The translations under genes were made by a program, and so were the position numbers. Positions 24,579 to 37,900 of a stretch of 64,000 bases of DNA are shown here, piece by piece. The notes under the pieces are model-generated. The model saw only the letters and a program-made list of their open reading frames with translations. It made no database searches and had not been told where the DNA came from. The stretch spans positions 16,886,101-16,950,100 of the forward strand of contig NC_092677.1 in assembly GCF_964355755.1 (NCBI RefSeq), read 5' to 3'. The DNA is from Antedon mediterranea (lineage: Eukaryota > Animalia > Echinodermata). Numbering within the stretch: the stretch's first letter is position 1; every line of letters begins with the position of its first letter.

Positions 24579-25798
24579 ATTTTACTATAGGCCATATCCG
24601 TAATATATTTCAGCATGCGAAATTAAAATAAATAAATTTAATTGACTAGATGGTCGAAACTAGCGATTTCAAATGTGGTACCGCAGGACTACTGTATAAT
24701 ATTATGTTGTTTACACGTTTCAGGAACGAATAAATATAGTAGACACGGTGATTTATGTAGTCAACTAAAATTAGCACCCTGGGAATTTTTCAGCAAGGAT
24801 ATCCATTCGACAGTGTATACCACGATCGGAAACACCCCTATTTGGAGCAAATCGTTGAAGCTAAATTCGTTTTATTTTCAATAATTAATTATCTAACTCA
24901 ACTTAATTAGTAAACATGTTTAAATTAGGTTATTAAAATCAGGAGGGCCCACCGAAAGTATGAACTAACTATATTTAGGCCTACCATCGAGTAAAAATTC
25001 TAGAATTTTGCCCTTACGTAAATGTATATATATAAATTAATTAGAAACATTTTGCCATTCGAAAAATTCCAACTAGGTTATAAATAGCATTTCAAATCAA
25101 TACTTTTAATTGCTATATCCGACCCCTTCGTCATATACACTGAAACCCGTCCAATTGGGAATTTTCTGCAGTTTTAAATTAGACCACTAGAATCATAATA
25201 ATTGAAGCTGTTCTTGAATTGAAACAAAATCATTTCTTGTTCTTATATATAGGCCTTTGTTTTAAATCCTGTTTAAATACTTTGTCTCATTTAATGAATC
25301 GATTACTGACTTCGTAATAATAGACCTATAACTAATTATTTGCTATGCAATGTATAGGCCTATTTTTTTATTTGACACTCGCTCCAAGCTTTTACGGAAA
25401 TAATCATGAAAATATTCATAAAAATAAGAAACACTTTAAGCGCTACGTTTTCGAAAGGCCTGTCTCATTCGGTGTTTATAGTGAACGTAAGAGTGAATTT
25501 GATAATAAACCTGGTTTAAAATATCTATTGTTTATTACTATAAAATTCATTGCATTGTAGGCCTAATAACAAGTAATTATAGCCCTCGTTTTAGATTTCT
25601 TTTTGTTTGCGAAATATAAAAATATATAATATACTGTATTAAGAGAAAAAAAGATATATAAAAGCGAGATTGAACTAAAATCGGGGTCATCTGACTATGA
25701 CATAAATTACGAATGAGTAGGCCTACCTGTGTTTTAACAACTGGCATAAATCCCGGCCTCAAACAAACAATATATATGATTTTAAAAATCTGCCTTAC

Positions 25799-26035
25799 TG
25801 TGTTCCAAAATAATTATACTGAGGCCTATGAACATTTCAAAACTTGACTCTACAGTAGGCTACGGTGAATCCTCTTCGAGATCGTAGATCAAAATAGAAG
25901 AAATAGATCATCCTTCAATTTAAGAAAAACAGCGATGCCGCCAGATAACTTATGCTTCCGCGCGGTAATGGCGCCGCTGAATGAATGATGAATCGTACTT
26001 ATCACACACTCCGAAACGGAAGTACGTCATAACTC
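25799..26035 (-). promoter_or_regulatory. Candidate NLR promoter and first exon
   Basis: CpG-richer patch with ETS-like cggaagt, acgtca half-CRE and aatggcg (YY1-like); minus-strand ATG at 25835 gives MFIGLSIIILEH and then a phase-1 gtaagg donor (25797-25798), compatible with the next NLR exon. Confidence 0.35.
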
Positions 26036-26848
26036 CAGTTTCTGTCATACATGAAAAGGGGTGTAGATTCAAATATTCTAATACGTGCCCGCTCATACAA
26101 CAATAAGTAAAGTTTCACGATTAATGTATATTTTACTTACGAAAACCTCTTGGTGGTCCGTTGGGTACGTTCGCGAAGTTATAAAGTTATATAAATTATG
26201 GGCGGAAAATTTAGTTATCAAGTACCACTACAAATTCTTTTTTTTTTCAGCCTTATTAAACTATAAGTGATATGGTTTCCTAATGCTCCCGTCCTCTTGA
26301 ATATAACTGCCTAGTAACGTAACGGAATACGTACAGTACTATAGTTTAGGATTATACTTTCGTTCTGTACATAAGCCACGGACTTTGTTCATTTCACGTT
26401 ACACAAAATGTTTACTACTGATTGTTTAAAAAAAAACTAATTGATAATAAATCATTATTACTTCAATTATTAAATAGAATATCGATCAAAAAGGCATCAT
26501 TTAATTAATAAAGAACAATAATTGAAACTCACGCCGTTTTTTGTAAGAAATATCTTTTTGTTGACAAAATAACGCAAATAGCGAAATAGATTACTGAATT
26601 TCCAACTTTGTTGGCCCGGATAAAATAACTTGTGATAGTATGTCGAGTTGTCGAATTAATAAGTGTGTGGATGTAATCCATCTCAAAATTAAGGCAACAG
26701 ACAACATTATATATATTTAAACATAAATCTATCAGCGATACTAAAAGATTTTATAATGTTTAAATGTACCGGTACACAATTCCTTATGGGAAAAAAATGA
26801 AAAGTGATATTCCAAAAGGCATTTCGCACATTTAAAACGATAGGCCTA

Positions 26849-28338
26849 TTTTTTTTTTTTTTTTTTTTTTTTATTCAGTATAAATATGCAAAAGAAAAAC
26901 AAAACCGACACAGCGGTGACATGAGGCAAAACAAAATAAATTAAATTCTCAAAAGGCAAAAACAAAAGTCAAACATAAAATGTAAAAGGATATCTTCTTA
27001 GTTATCCATTTACCCAAGACAATAAATTTCGTCTTGGTTTATCAAAATAAAATCTTATAAAATCAGAAGTTTAACAAGTTTCCAGTCCTCATTAAATAAC
27101 TCTATATTGTAGTTCATCAAATGTAAGTACTCTTCTATTTTTATAATACGACTTAAAAATTAACCAGTCCTGAATTTGATGGTTTAATATCAGAACATCT
27201 AGATATGTAAATAAAATATTTTACCAAAATGACAAGATTATTTACAGCATTGTAAGCATTACCAAATAAAATGCATTCTCTTGTATGGGTTTCTTCTAAA
27301 TTATAATTCCTCCTATTCATTTGTTTGCTTTTAATTTGTTGAATAACAAAAGCCCACAAAGTATTTGCATGGATACAACCATAAAATATATGCTGAATTG
27401 TTTCAGTGTAAATTTTACAAAAAGTACAAAGATCACAATTCTTTATCTTAATTTTTTTTAGAAAGGTGTTTGTTGTTAAAATTCTATTGACAATTCTATA
27501 TTGAAACCACTGATACTTTATATTTTTTGCCGAGATGAAAGGAAAAGAGCAAATTCGTTTCCATTCATCCTAATCAAATTCTTTCCCCATTTCTTTTGAC
27601 CACTTTTCTCTCACCATCGAAACTTCCAATTTATCGGAGGTAAATATTTTATAGAAACCCTTAATACCATATTTACATTTATAGAATAGAAAATTATAAT
27701 TTATGTTTACTGGTTTTTCAATGTTGCACTTAAAAGGCAGCAGTCTATTCCACTGTGTCTTAATAGCATCTATAATACCTTTGTAGTCTAAGTAATTACA
27801 CTTTATGTTGTATTGAACCTAAAATTTTTCATTAACAAAACAAATTCCCTTTTTAAACCATCTATCATAGTACATTGTTTTTTTGTCTCTCTTTATGTCA
27901 CTATTTCTCCATAAAGATGAACTTAAAACTCCATTTAAATCTAAATTTGCATTCCTAATTTTTGTCAATTCAGCCCAGGAATTCAAAACATCCTTCCAAA
28001 ACGGGTTGCTTAACTTTTTTGAAATTTTCAACAGTGGAGAGGATCCATAATCGAAAATTGAGCAGGATGTCTTTACAAAAGTGTTGAACATTGAATTTAT
28101 ATTGTCATCCTGTCTTACTCTCCTCATCATCCATGCTACTTTTACAGATTTTACATAACTAAAAATATCTACCATTTTAGTTCCACCCTCTGAGTATCCT
28201 TGTATCATTGCATTTCTTTTAACCCTATCTGGCTTATTACCCCAAATAAATTTTAAAAAGGAATTATGTATTTTCTGAAGTGTTTTCAGGTCTGGGTTTG
28301 GTAATGCATTAAACAGATAGTTAAGTTTTGATAGCATC
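26849..28338 (-). mobile_element. 5'-truncated Tx1/L1-clade LINE (post-RT part of ORF2, 3' UTR, poly-A)
   Basis: LSKLNYLF..LP.P...FIWGNKPDRVKR......EGG..MVD is a typical post-RT segment; zinc finger CTFCKIYTETIQHIFYGC; frameshift near 27819; T24 at 26849-26872; TSD taaaacgata(ttt) at 26833 and 28339. Confidence 0.92.
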
Positions 28339-28541
28339 TAAAACGATATTTGAAAGTTTAGTACAGGCCCTATATTTTTTATAAATAACGCAATATAATG
28401 ATCACACTTAATACCACGCTTCTCCTTCAGTTTGAGATTATGAATATGGGGATTATCTAAAAATGACTTGAATGTTTTGCTGTTGCGGCGGAAACACTCT
28501 GAGATAGATCATTTTCGGAATGCTCGGCCTACTAACATTAA

Positions 28542-28862
28542 AGATGTATTGTCTCCCTGAAAAAATAATTCTTAAACATTTTTTTGTTGAATATTCTATT
28601 TTAACGTAACATAATAGTTATCCACTTTGACCAAAAATTGGATTGAAAAAAAATGTATTTGCTTGAAAAAATGTAATTTAAAGCAAAAAATGGTCAAATT
28701 GGCTGCCAGCCAATGGATTTTTGGTTGAATTTAACCATTTATTTTGTCATTTTATAAGTGAAAACATTATTTGTTTACATTAACTTAATTAAAACTACAA
28801 AATAACATCAAAGTCTGATTTAATTAATCTTTATTTTTCATGTTTTTGGGGGACAATACATC
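28542..28862. mobile_element. MITE (TIR agatgtattgtc / gacaatacatc), Kolobok-like
   Basis: Short TIRs with TTAA at the left end; a diverged second copy at ~31440-31740 shares ttgaccaaaaattggattgaaaaaa and other blocks. Confidence 0.6.
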
Positions 28863-29154
28863 AAATAGTTTAAAGCATTCTATTTTTTTTTTAATTTTGA
28901 GCATTTATTTTCCCTTCATAAACATTAGATGGTGATACAATGTTAGAGTTTAATTATTAATACATCAAATAGTTTCTTTCCAGGATCTATTAGAGCCTTA
29001 AATATGATGTAGACTTTTTTTTGTAATGTTCTTGTTTTTTTGAGTTCGTGTTGTGTCCGTTGGATATTGTGCTCCGCCAACAGAGCAAACAGAATTTCTA
29101 TGTTTTTCCTAAAACAAATGATAATAAATGATACTTGACTTGACTTGACTTTAA

Positions 29155-29555
29155 AGGTGGGAGCAAATAATTAAACTCTAACATTGTATCACCATCTAAT
29201 GTTTATGAAGGGAAAATAAATGCTCAAAATTAAAAAAAAAATAGAATGCTTTAATAATTTGTCTTGTTAAAACCTTTTTTAGAGCTTAGGGAATTTCTAT
29301 GGAGGTCTTTAATATTCTTGAGCTTCTTGGCATTTCCATTTCCACATCTACTGATAGGTAGATGTAGGTCTAGTTAGGCTAAGCCTGGCTAGAATGAGCC
29401 TCCTACCTTTGATCAAATTATAGCCATTTCTTCTCAGTAGCCTTTTTAAACATTCGTAGTCATTTAAAAATTTGTTATACTGGATAATTATCACAACATT
29501 TAATAATATCATTGTGTTTTGTAAAGATTAAAAATGTTATTCCCGGAGCCCACCT
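29155..29555. mobile_element. TTAA-flanked MITE (Kolobok-like)
   Basis: ttaa|aggtggg ... cccacct|ttaa. Confidence 0.6.
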
Positions 29556-30207
29556 TTAAGTCTATACAGGTAACATTATTGACCTAAAATGTTGGCATTG
29601 ATAAATAAATTGATAAATAAACACTAACCAGTGTGAGTGTCTCAGTGCCTGTAATAAAGCAGATATCGATTGTTCTGATTAACGGGCAAAGGTCAAAATG
29701 ATTATTGATTGGTTCGCCCGTTTCTAGTCATATCAATAGAGACCGGTCTATCACTGAGAAGTCCAACATAACTATTCGTTCGGGACAAGGACACTACGAA
29801 GAAATCATTATTTCAAATGTAATGAGTAGGTCTACTAATAATAAAATAAACCTAGTTGTTTATTTTGCTTTTCTATAGAAATAAAAAGACGGTAAGTAGA
29901 CAAGTTTCTAAAATCCTGTTACGTTTCAATTTCTTATTGTTGATGTTAAAAACGTCAACTGTGTGAAATGAATAGCAATTTAGCTCTATCTAAACCTAAA
30001 AGGCGACGTAGGCCTATCTAGTTAAATATCTAGATAAATGCTGTAAGCCTAACCGTTGTGATTATAACCTACAATAGGTTTTGACCTAGCTACATTTTTA
30101 AAAAGTACGACAAATTGAAACATATTTATAATACAATGTTTCAATTTGAAAAAAAACATGTATTTATTATTTACTAGACTATTTAGCCGTCAAATATCTT
30201 GGTAACG

Positions 30208-33200
30208 ATGGAAGTGAGTGACGACAAAGACAGGTAGGTAGGAGTCTACGGCCCTTGCTGTACTATACTATTCTAAAGTTAGAATAGAAACACTACACAT
30301 ACTACACATATATCCTTTTTCTTCTTTCATTGCAAAAAAACATACTAATCGTATACCACAGAATTTAGAAAACATTGTTAAAGCAGGGAGTTGTAACAAC
30401 TCCCTGGTCAAAGTAAGAACATTGTCTTTTTACGGAAGTATACAAAACATAACAATCGCTTATTTTCTATCAAAGGATCCACCCCTGTGAAAAAACTAAG
30501 TATAATTACTAAGTGAATAGGATATCTGTTTTATTTTTTTAGAGAATCAGAATTTCTTGAGACTTCGGGAGAGCTAATAATGCAGAACGAAGTAGAACCT
30601 GAAACAGAACGAACAGAGGTAGGCTTTTTATAACCAAATTTTATTCCACCGAAGAGAGGTAACATCAGAATAAAAATGCAAATGCTTAGTAGGATTGTTC
30701 CTCGTATATGAAGTATTACTTTCAAATGAGATGCTAGGGCCTATAATAAAGAAAATAAACTCAGTGAACGAATAAAAATAAAATTTAAAATTAAAGTTTG
30801 CATTACGGACACGCTTGAAACAACAATTCAAATATGTTTGTCCTTTAACAACACTGTTTTCTACTTCAGGTTCAGTGTAGAAATTAGGAGAAGCCATTTT
30901 TGACGTTGTAAGCAAATTGAATAATTTGATTCGATTATTTTTTCTTACGATAGGATTTTGAACTTAAATATAATGAATTATTAATTAAACACCAAAGTTT
31001 GTTGAAAGAATATGAAAATGCCTCGAGACAAATGGAAAAATACAAATCAGATGTAAGTATCGCCTTACTTTTACTGTTATTCAGCACCATTACATAGGAA
31101 TTAAACAATGTGGCGAAGTTTGTATGACTTTTTTAGTCAACAGAATAATGATCGAGAGAAGAATTTTATCCAGTTTCTTTTTTACTAGACCTATGCCCTA
31201 TACACATACGTGTTTGTTACATTTAATCAATAAAACCCATAGGCTAGTTACACAATAGTAGGTCAATCTGATCAACAAACACACTATGAGCATTTAGTAT
31301 TGATCGACTAATAATATTAAAATAGGTAACCCTACGTTGCATTGATCACACTTTCTGTTGTCCAGGAAACAATTATGGTTCGTGATCGCGTTTATTTGTT
31401 AACATTCTGAAACGCGTTGTATACATTATATACGGTTATAAAGCCCATTATTGTCCCTCTGAAAAGGAGGTTTTTAAATATGCCATTTTGATGTTCCATA
31501 ATAGTCATTAAATTTGACCAAAAATTGGATTGAAAAAACAATTATTTACCTGAAAAAGTGTAATTTAAAGCAAAACATAGTTTAAATTGTCTGTTGAATT
31601 TAATCGTTTGTTTTTTGTATTATATAAGTACTAACTTTAAATTAAAACTACAAAATGATTTGTTTTCTATTCAAAATCTGCTTTTATTAGTCTTAATTGT
31701 GTATGTTTTTTGGGTGGGGCGGGGGCAATTCATCCGTAAACCAACAAACTGTCCCTTAATTTAATAAGAGTGTCATGAATAGATGTTAAAACTGATATTC
31801 CAAGTTTTCCATGAATACTATAGGGGGGTCCCATAGGGGTATTCCAAAGAAGAGGTTATTTGTACCTACAGTGTAATATTGATTAAAGTATGACCTATGT
31901 TTAAGTGTATTTCTGTTTTTGTCCACAGCTCGATAAAAAGCAAAAGCAAATCGAGATCTTGGAGCGAGATGCGGAGATTCACCGTAAAAAATACACTAAA
32001 TTGGAATCTACAGGTATAGGCCCTAGTATGATGATTGACATAACGACACGTTTTTTCGGCTGCCTTCGTCATGCTTGATTAATAAGATGTGTTATGCTTT
32101 CTTAACCATATAATAATGGAATAGCCTGAGTTCCCTAATAAGTTTAATATTATGATATAATATAAAACTAACTCCGAAATAAGTGAGGCAAGCCATGATG
32201 ATTCTACATTTCGCACTTTGCTTGTAAATTGTTTAAATGATTAATAGTTTCCAATAAATTGATTTTTATTCATTCTGAAAAATAGCATTTGAACAAGTTT
32301 CTTACCTGGTTATACATTCCTAATAAATTAGGTATACTATTATACTTATGTCTTCTGAATGTTACTCACGAAATGTTTATTTGATTAAATTTGTCTATGA
32401 ATGTTACGCATATCACAATAGTGTAACCGTGGTGTTTCCGTATGATGTCTCCTTATCGGTTACTTGTTCCTATATAGTCTTGTGGCAAGATGTCGCACAT
32501 TGTCTAAAATATGTTTGGCGTTTAACTTTTATTTTATTTTGTTTTATAACAGCTGCTGAAGTAGAACGGGCCGAATCTAACTTAGAGCATCTTAGGGAGA
32601 TTTTGCGTAATAGTCAGTAAGTTGTGTTGATTAAAATGTTGAAAATAGACCGTTAAATGTTAAAATTGATGGTGCACAACAACATAAAAGGCGCAAAAAA
32701 TAGATGGTATTTGCATGTCATTGCCTGTCCGAATCGTTCCCCTCTTCTAGTTACGAAACGTAGCTTTACAAAATAATCAATCCAACCGGATTTCATGAAA
32801 CATATTTATTATAGGACGCTTGTTCGGGAAAGAGATTTTGAGATAAGAGATCTAAATGAAAGGGTAACTCAACAAGGAAAAGACTTGTTGGATAGAAACA
32901 GTATAATTGAAGAACAGACAATCAAAATTAAAGATCTTCATAACCAAGTGAGAGATGAACTAAAACGAAACGAGCAAATGGAAAAGGTGAGTTTAAAAAG
33001 TAAACAAATAATGTGTTTTCATTTATTTTATTTTATTTTTTAAATAAAATAAATGAAGGTTGCTTCATGACATGACATAGCCACATAGTGGAATGATCTA
33101 ATGGTCTGACTGACGGTAATAAAATACACACATCGCAATACTAGACCTACAGTATTTATATGCATTTTTAATGTTTATACAAATTTTATTCTAAATGTTT

Positions 33201-36200
33201 TTTACACAATCAGTGCAATAGGAGACCTACTAGATAGTGATTAGGTTCGCTTTTTAGGAATCCTGTCTCTGCCTGGTTTTGTGTGATGTTTTCTTGTTGT
33301 TTGTCAACGTTTTTTTATATATATTGTATTTTTATAGAGACACAAATAAATGAAATGAAAACAATACAGTAATGCATATCAGCACATCTGTATCAAGAAT
33401 GTATACGAGCTTTGCAGGCCTACATATTCAGTTATCAAAGCCTACACTAACCGTAAATTGGCCTAACCTTTGATAGAACTAATAATAAGCCTCTTAATAC
33501 ATTTAATTCAAGGAACTTGACAAAATACCAGCATTGCAGAAAGAAAGGGAAAATGTTGGCGATTCTCTCAATCAAACAAAGAAACAACTGGAGGAAAAGA
33601 AGGCCCAGCTTACTTTAGCTAGAAGAGCGATTAAGGATCACAAATCTAAAATACAGGTAAATTTAAATGTAGGCCTAACTATTCTAAAAACGGTTAATGT
33701 ATTATCTCACATCACGTCGCTGTCATTGTTCGATATGTTCCATCCCATCGACATCGTTCCTTTGGAAAATTTAAAACTTTCTTTTTGCATCCTGTCGTTG
33801 GAACGTTTTAATTAATAAAAAAATATCATTGTTAGCAAAATTCAGCGTACACTGCCTTTGATCCTTCTTTTTTCCTTTTTTGGAATTATTATTATGAATA
33901 CCTGAGAAAGAAACAGAAACATGATATTTCTTACCTTGTTTGTGTTCATTAGAATCTAGAAGAAGAGTTAAAGAAACTACCCGAGGTCAAGGAAGAGGTA
34001 AACATGGCCAATCATGAGATTGATACTCTGAAGAAGATGATGGTTGGCAAAGATAAACTTGTTGTACAAAAATCTCAAGAGTTGCAGGTGACGAGAGATC
34101 AGTTGGAAAATGGAATAGATTTCAACCAGAAATTTGTGCAAGCGAGTTACCCAAATGGTGCTAATGTTAAAATTATCAAGAAAGAACAAAGGTAGGTAAA
34201 GTTTACGGTAGGTGCATGTTTGCAAAATTATCTATTTATAATTAATCATCAATAGCCTACAGTAAGAGAACATCATGTACGTGTTGATTCTAATTCTAAT
34301 ATAAAAGGCGCTACTTGAATATATAACAAATATATTAAGCATAATAATAACAAATAATACAAGTTAGGCAGTACTTCTCCCTTCTAATCTTGCGGTGATC
34401 ATATTTTAATTGATTTGTTTAATCATATAATGTATTGCTGCATATAATTTTAGAGAAAATACAAATGAATCTCGGACCATGGAACAAGACAATCTCAAAA
34501 CTCAAACCCCAACAGACGGTAAGAAACGCAGAGGGATAAGTCGACAGGAAAGAGGCTTGCGGTCAAAGACAATCGTAAAGGCAACACGGCTTGATGTCGA
34601 TACACAACCATACAACTATGCTTCAAGCACCGAAGACAAATCATTCTCCACTGCCATCAATACAGGCAACAGTAGTTTTATGCGCCTTCTTACAAATGGC
34701 GGATTTGGCGATGATGTTTTACAGATGTACGATGTGTATAATACTGGACGGCGGTACAGTTCAGGGCATTCCTTAAAAGCAAATAGAAGCGGAACATCTG
34801 ACCGTACTAAGCGATCCAAGTCTTGTGGTTCGTTTCCTGAGGACGATCACAACCTTCCTTCTGGAACATTACTATTCGAAGATGATTTCTTGGCGGCACA
34901 GTTTCTTCACATCGGAGACAGGGTCTGTGTCAAGCTTAAAGGACATACGGGTGAGTCAGATAAAAACTCGGTTTGATTTGTTTTGTCGCCAAAATTTAGT
35001 TCAGGAGCGAGTCCATGGCATGCTCTAAGCACGGATCCAGAAATTCCCCGCAAAGGGAGTGATGGGGCTTGATTCAAAAACGAAAATGTTTTTAAACAAA
35101 TATTAAATAATGACAGTATATTATTTAATCATAATTTATGAACATATCAAAAATAGTTAACAATCATTATTTAAATTGAATTGTTTGTTAAGTTGATCAA
35201 AATTTGATTTGTATGATAGAAAAAAAGTAAGTGTAAGAATCCCCTTAGCTTAAATGATAGATGTTTATTCGTTTATCAAATACTTGTACTGTACATCATA
35301 TTAGCGGTGCCAGTGATTATGTATACGTTTCGTTACTGTATCATGTCATTTTAAATAGATTATCAGGCTATCCCGCGTTGAACAAAATGTGTATTTTGTT
35401 TACATTGAAAGAGAAAAAGAAATAAATGTTATTATGAATGAACGAACGAATGAATGAGATATTCTGTTTAATTCCTTTACAGTCACAAACAGAACTGAAG
35501 GGAAATTATATACCGCAATAGTGAAGTTCATTGGTAAACTGGATCGTGAAAATATAGATCACAGGTTAAACGTTGGAATCAAACTGGACGAACCACGTAA
35601 GCCAGCGTGTCTATCTTGTCTATATCGTATTTTAACTTTGAATTGTTTTCTATGTAGAAACATCTCAAATTTTAAATCTTAAAATTGTTAACAAATTTTA
35701 GTCGATATCACCATATTATTTGTAATTTCCAAAGATTGATAAAACTTTGTTTATGTAGAACCCGTCCTGTGAACGGATTGCCACCTGCTACGGAAGTAAT
35801 TTACATTTTATTTTGTTGTTGCTGTCTTTGGCAAGGTGCCTAAAACAAACATAACACAAACAAGCACTTACGCTTCTAAATGCAATTACATGGATGAACA
35901 TTTGTTTTTTCTCATAGTTTTAGTAATACAAAGTTTGGGTGCATGTGACTGGATAAAAACAGTCTGTTGACATTGGCAACTTGTTTCTTCGTAATAGTAA
36001 TAATGAATCTGTGTTCAGGAGTCACATTACAAAGAATGTTTTAAAAGGAAAATTTGGCACATTTTTTAAAACAAAGAGAAACGACATTGTAGGCCTATTG
36101 GAATTTGAGAAATTTCTTAAAATATGATCTGGCATTTCCATTTCTAGCCTACTATACTACTAAATAGCATTTTCTTATAAATTTCACATTTTATTTATAC

Positions 36201-36841
36201 AGCAGATCTAGGCTAGATTTTGAATAGTGTACACTAAACACTTTTTTTTACTTTGTATTAATTAATTTTCATTTACACTAGTTGGTGATACTGATGGTGT
36301 TGTACGCGGGAAACGTTATTTCCGAGTTTCACCTTCTCATGGGAAAATAATCCGGATCATTGATGTTGTTTCAGTATTAAATCAGAAGGTATGAATCAGA
36401 AGGTTTTTGTACAAAAATAACGATATTAAAATTATAATACAAACTTTAAATTCTAACAAAAGACATAGGTTGAAATAAGTTACATCGTAATAGATTCACT
36501 AATGACTTTTTGTATGCAATAAGTGGTTTGTATTTATCATTATGTTTTTTATTACGATATTACTACTAAAGCCCGGGTAACGAAACAAACCTTTCGTTGC
36601 AATGTGCTGTCTATTCCTAGGTGGGTAAAAACGTGAGCCTAAACTTACTATAGGTCAAAACCTGAACTAGGGCCTATATGAAATTGGTTTCTGTAGGCCT
36701 ACTATTATTATCCTCTACCTTCTCTATTTTCAGACGTGTTCGTATAAACTAATCAAAGAGCTTATAAGAGAGCATCGCTTACAAACAGGAACAATCAAGA
36801 CGGAACGAGACAGAAAGCCGTGTTTAATCAGAATTACATAG
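30208..36841 (+). CDS. Coiled-coil protein with C-terminal divergent CAP-Gly domain (~576 aa, 12 coding exons)
   Basis: Exons 30208-30233, 30543-30618, 30954-31052, 31929-32013, 32553-32616, 32815-32986, 33513-33656, 33953-34191, 34454-34950, 35483-35596, 36282-36388 and 36734-36841 join in frame (1731 nt). CAP-Gly: IGDRVCV...AIVKFIGKL...VGIKLDEPLGDTDGVVRGKRYF.V.PSHG. Confidence 0.85.
31440..31740. mobile_element. Diverged copy of the 28542-28862 MITE
   Basis: Colinear similarity along most of its length. Confidence 0.6.
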
Positions 36842-37749
36842 TTTTCCATAAATGAATGTAAGCCTTATACCAAATTTAAGCTGGTATGATAGGCATATCA
36901 AATTGAAATATAAAATAAAATATTATATAAAAAGTATTTATAGATTAACGATTATAGATGAACAACTTTTGATTATTATTTTTTTTGTCTTATGTGGGTT
37001 CATTCTACTGTTATGTCCATCATGTAACTTTTCATATATAATTATAATTTATACTTCTTATGAATCATTTCTCTATCCAGTATCATTATTTACCATAATT
37101 TTTTTATGATTTTTATACATATCTTCTTTTATATATTTCCAAAACCTATTATTATTCGATTATTAGATTATTATTATTATTCTTATAAATACATTTCAAA
37201 AATACATTAACTATATTTTTGTGGATCACATAGAAGTATGGCATATTTTGAAATACAAATATAAAAAACGTAGTATTATATAGTAATAGAGCATGTCTTT
37301 ATAATGATTTGTAAAAAAATGCTATATAAATAAATCAATCAATCAGCATGACTAGGCATGTGACCATTTGTGGCTCTAGTCCTTTTAAGTCGATTTTGGG
37401 ACCCGTGTAAGAGGAAGGAGTCTAGGTTGGACATATAGTAGGCCTATTGTTTCTAAAATGTATTTCGAACATAGTAAGCAAAAAAAAATGAAGGCTCAGC
37501 CTCCTCTACTTCTTCCTGGATCTGTTCTAGGCCCGTCACGGTCGCAACGTGCACATGGAGTATCCAGGCCTGGGTCTTGATTTAAGCAGCCTTAGGCCTA
37601 CTTAGCTCAGTTATACTATAGACAGACTGTCTTTTGATCAAGTGGGCCTAGCTATAATTGGGGTAAAAAAAGCCTAGCCTAACAAATATATTAACATAAC
37701 TGAATTACAATACACAATACATAATAAGAAATTAAAATATTAAGCTTAC

Positions 37750-37900
37750 CGCGCGTTCGCTTCTTAATTCAGCCATTTCTCATTGGAGAAAACTTTCAAA
37801 AGACGTCAGACGACAAGCACGATGCAACAGTTACGGGTAGACTTATACGCATGCGCAGATCTTCTGCAAAGAAATTAACTTACTTATTGGCGGGAGTGCG
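37750..37900 (-). promoter_or_regulatory. Promoter-like patch and candidate first coding exon (MAELRSERA|gtaagc)
   Basis: NRF1-like cgcatgcgca at ~37848, attggcggga (CCAAT/E2F-like) at ~37886, ATG at 37776 in good context, strong donor at 37748-37749. Confidence 0.4.
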
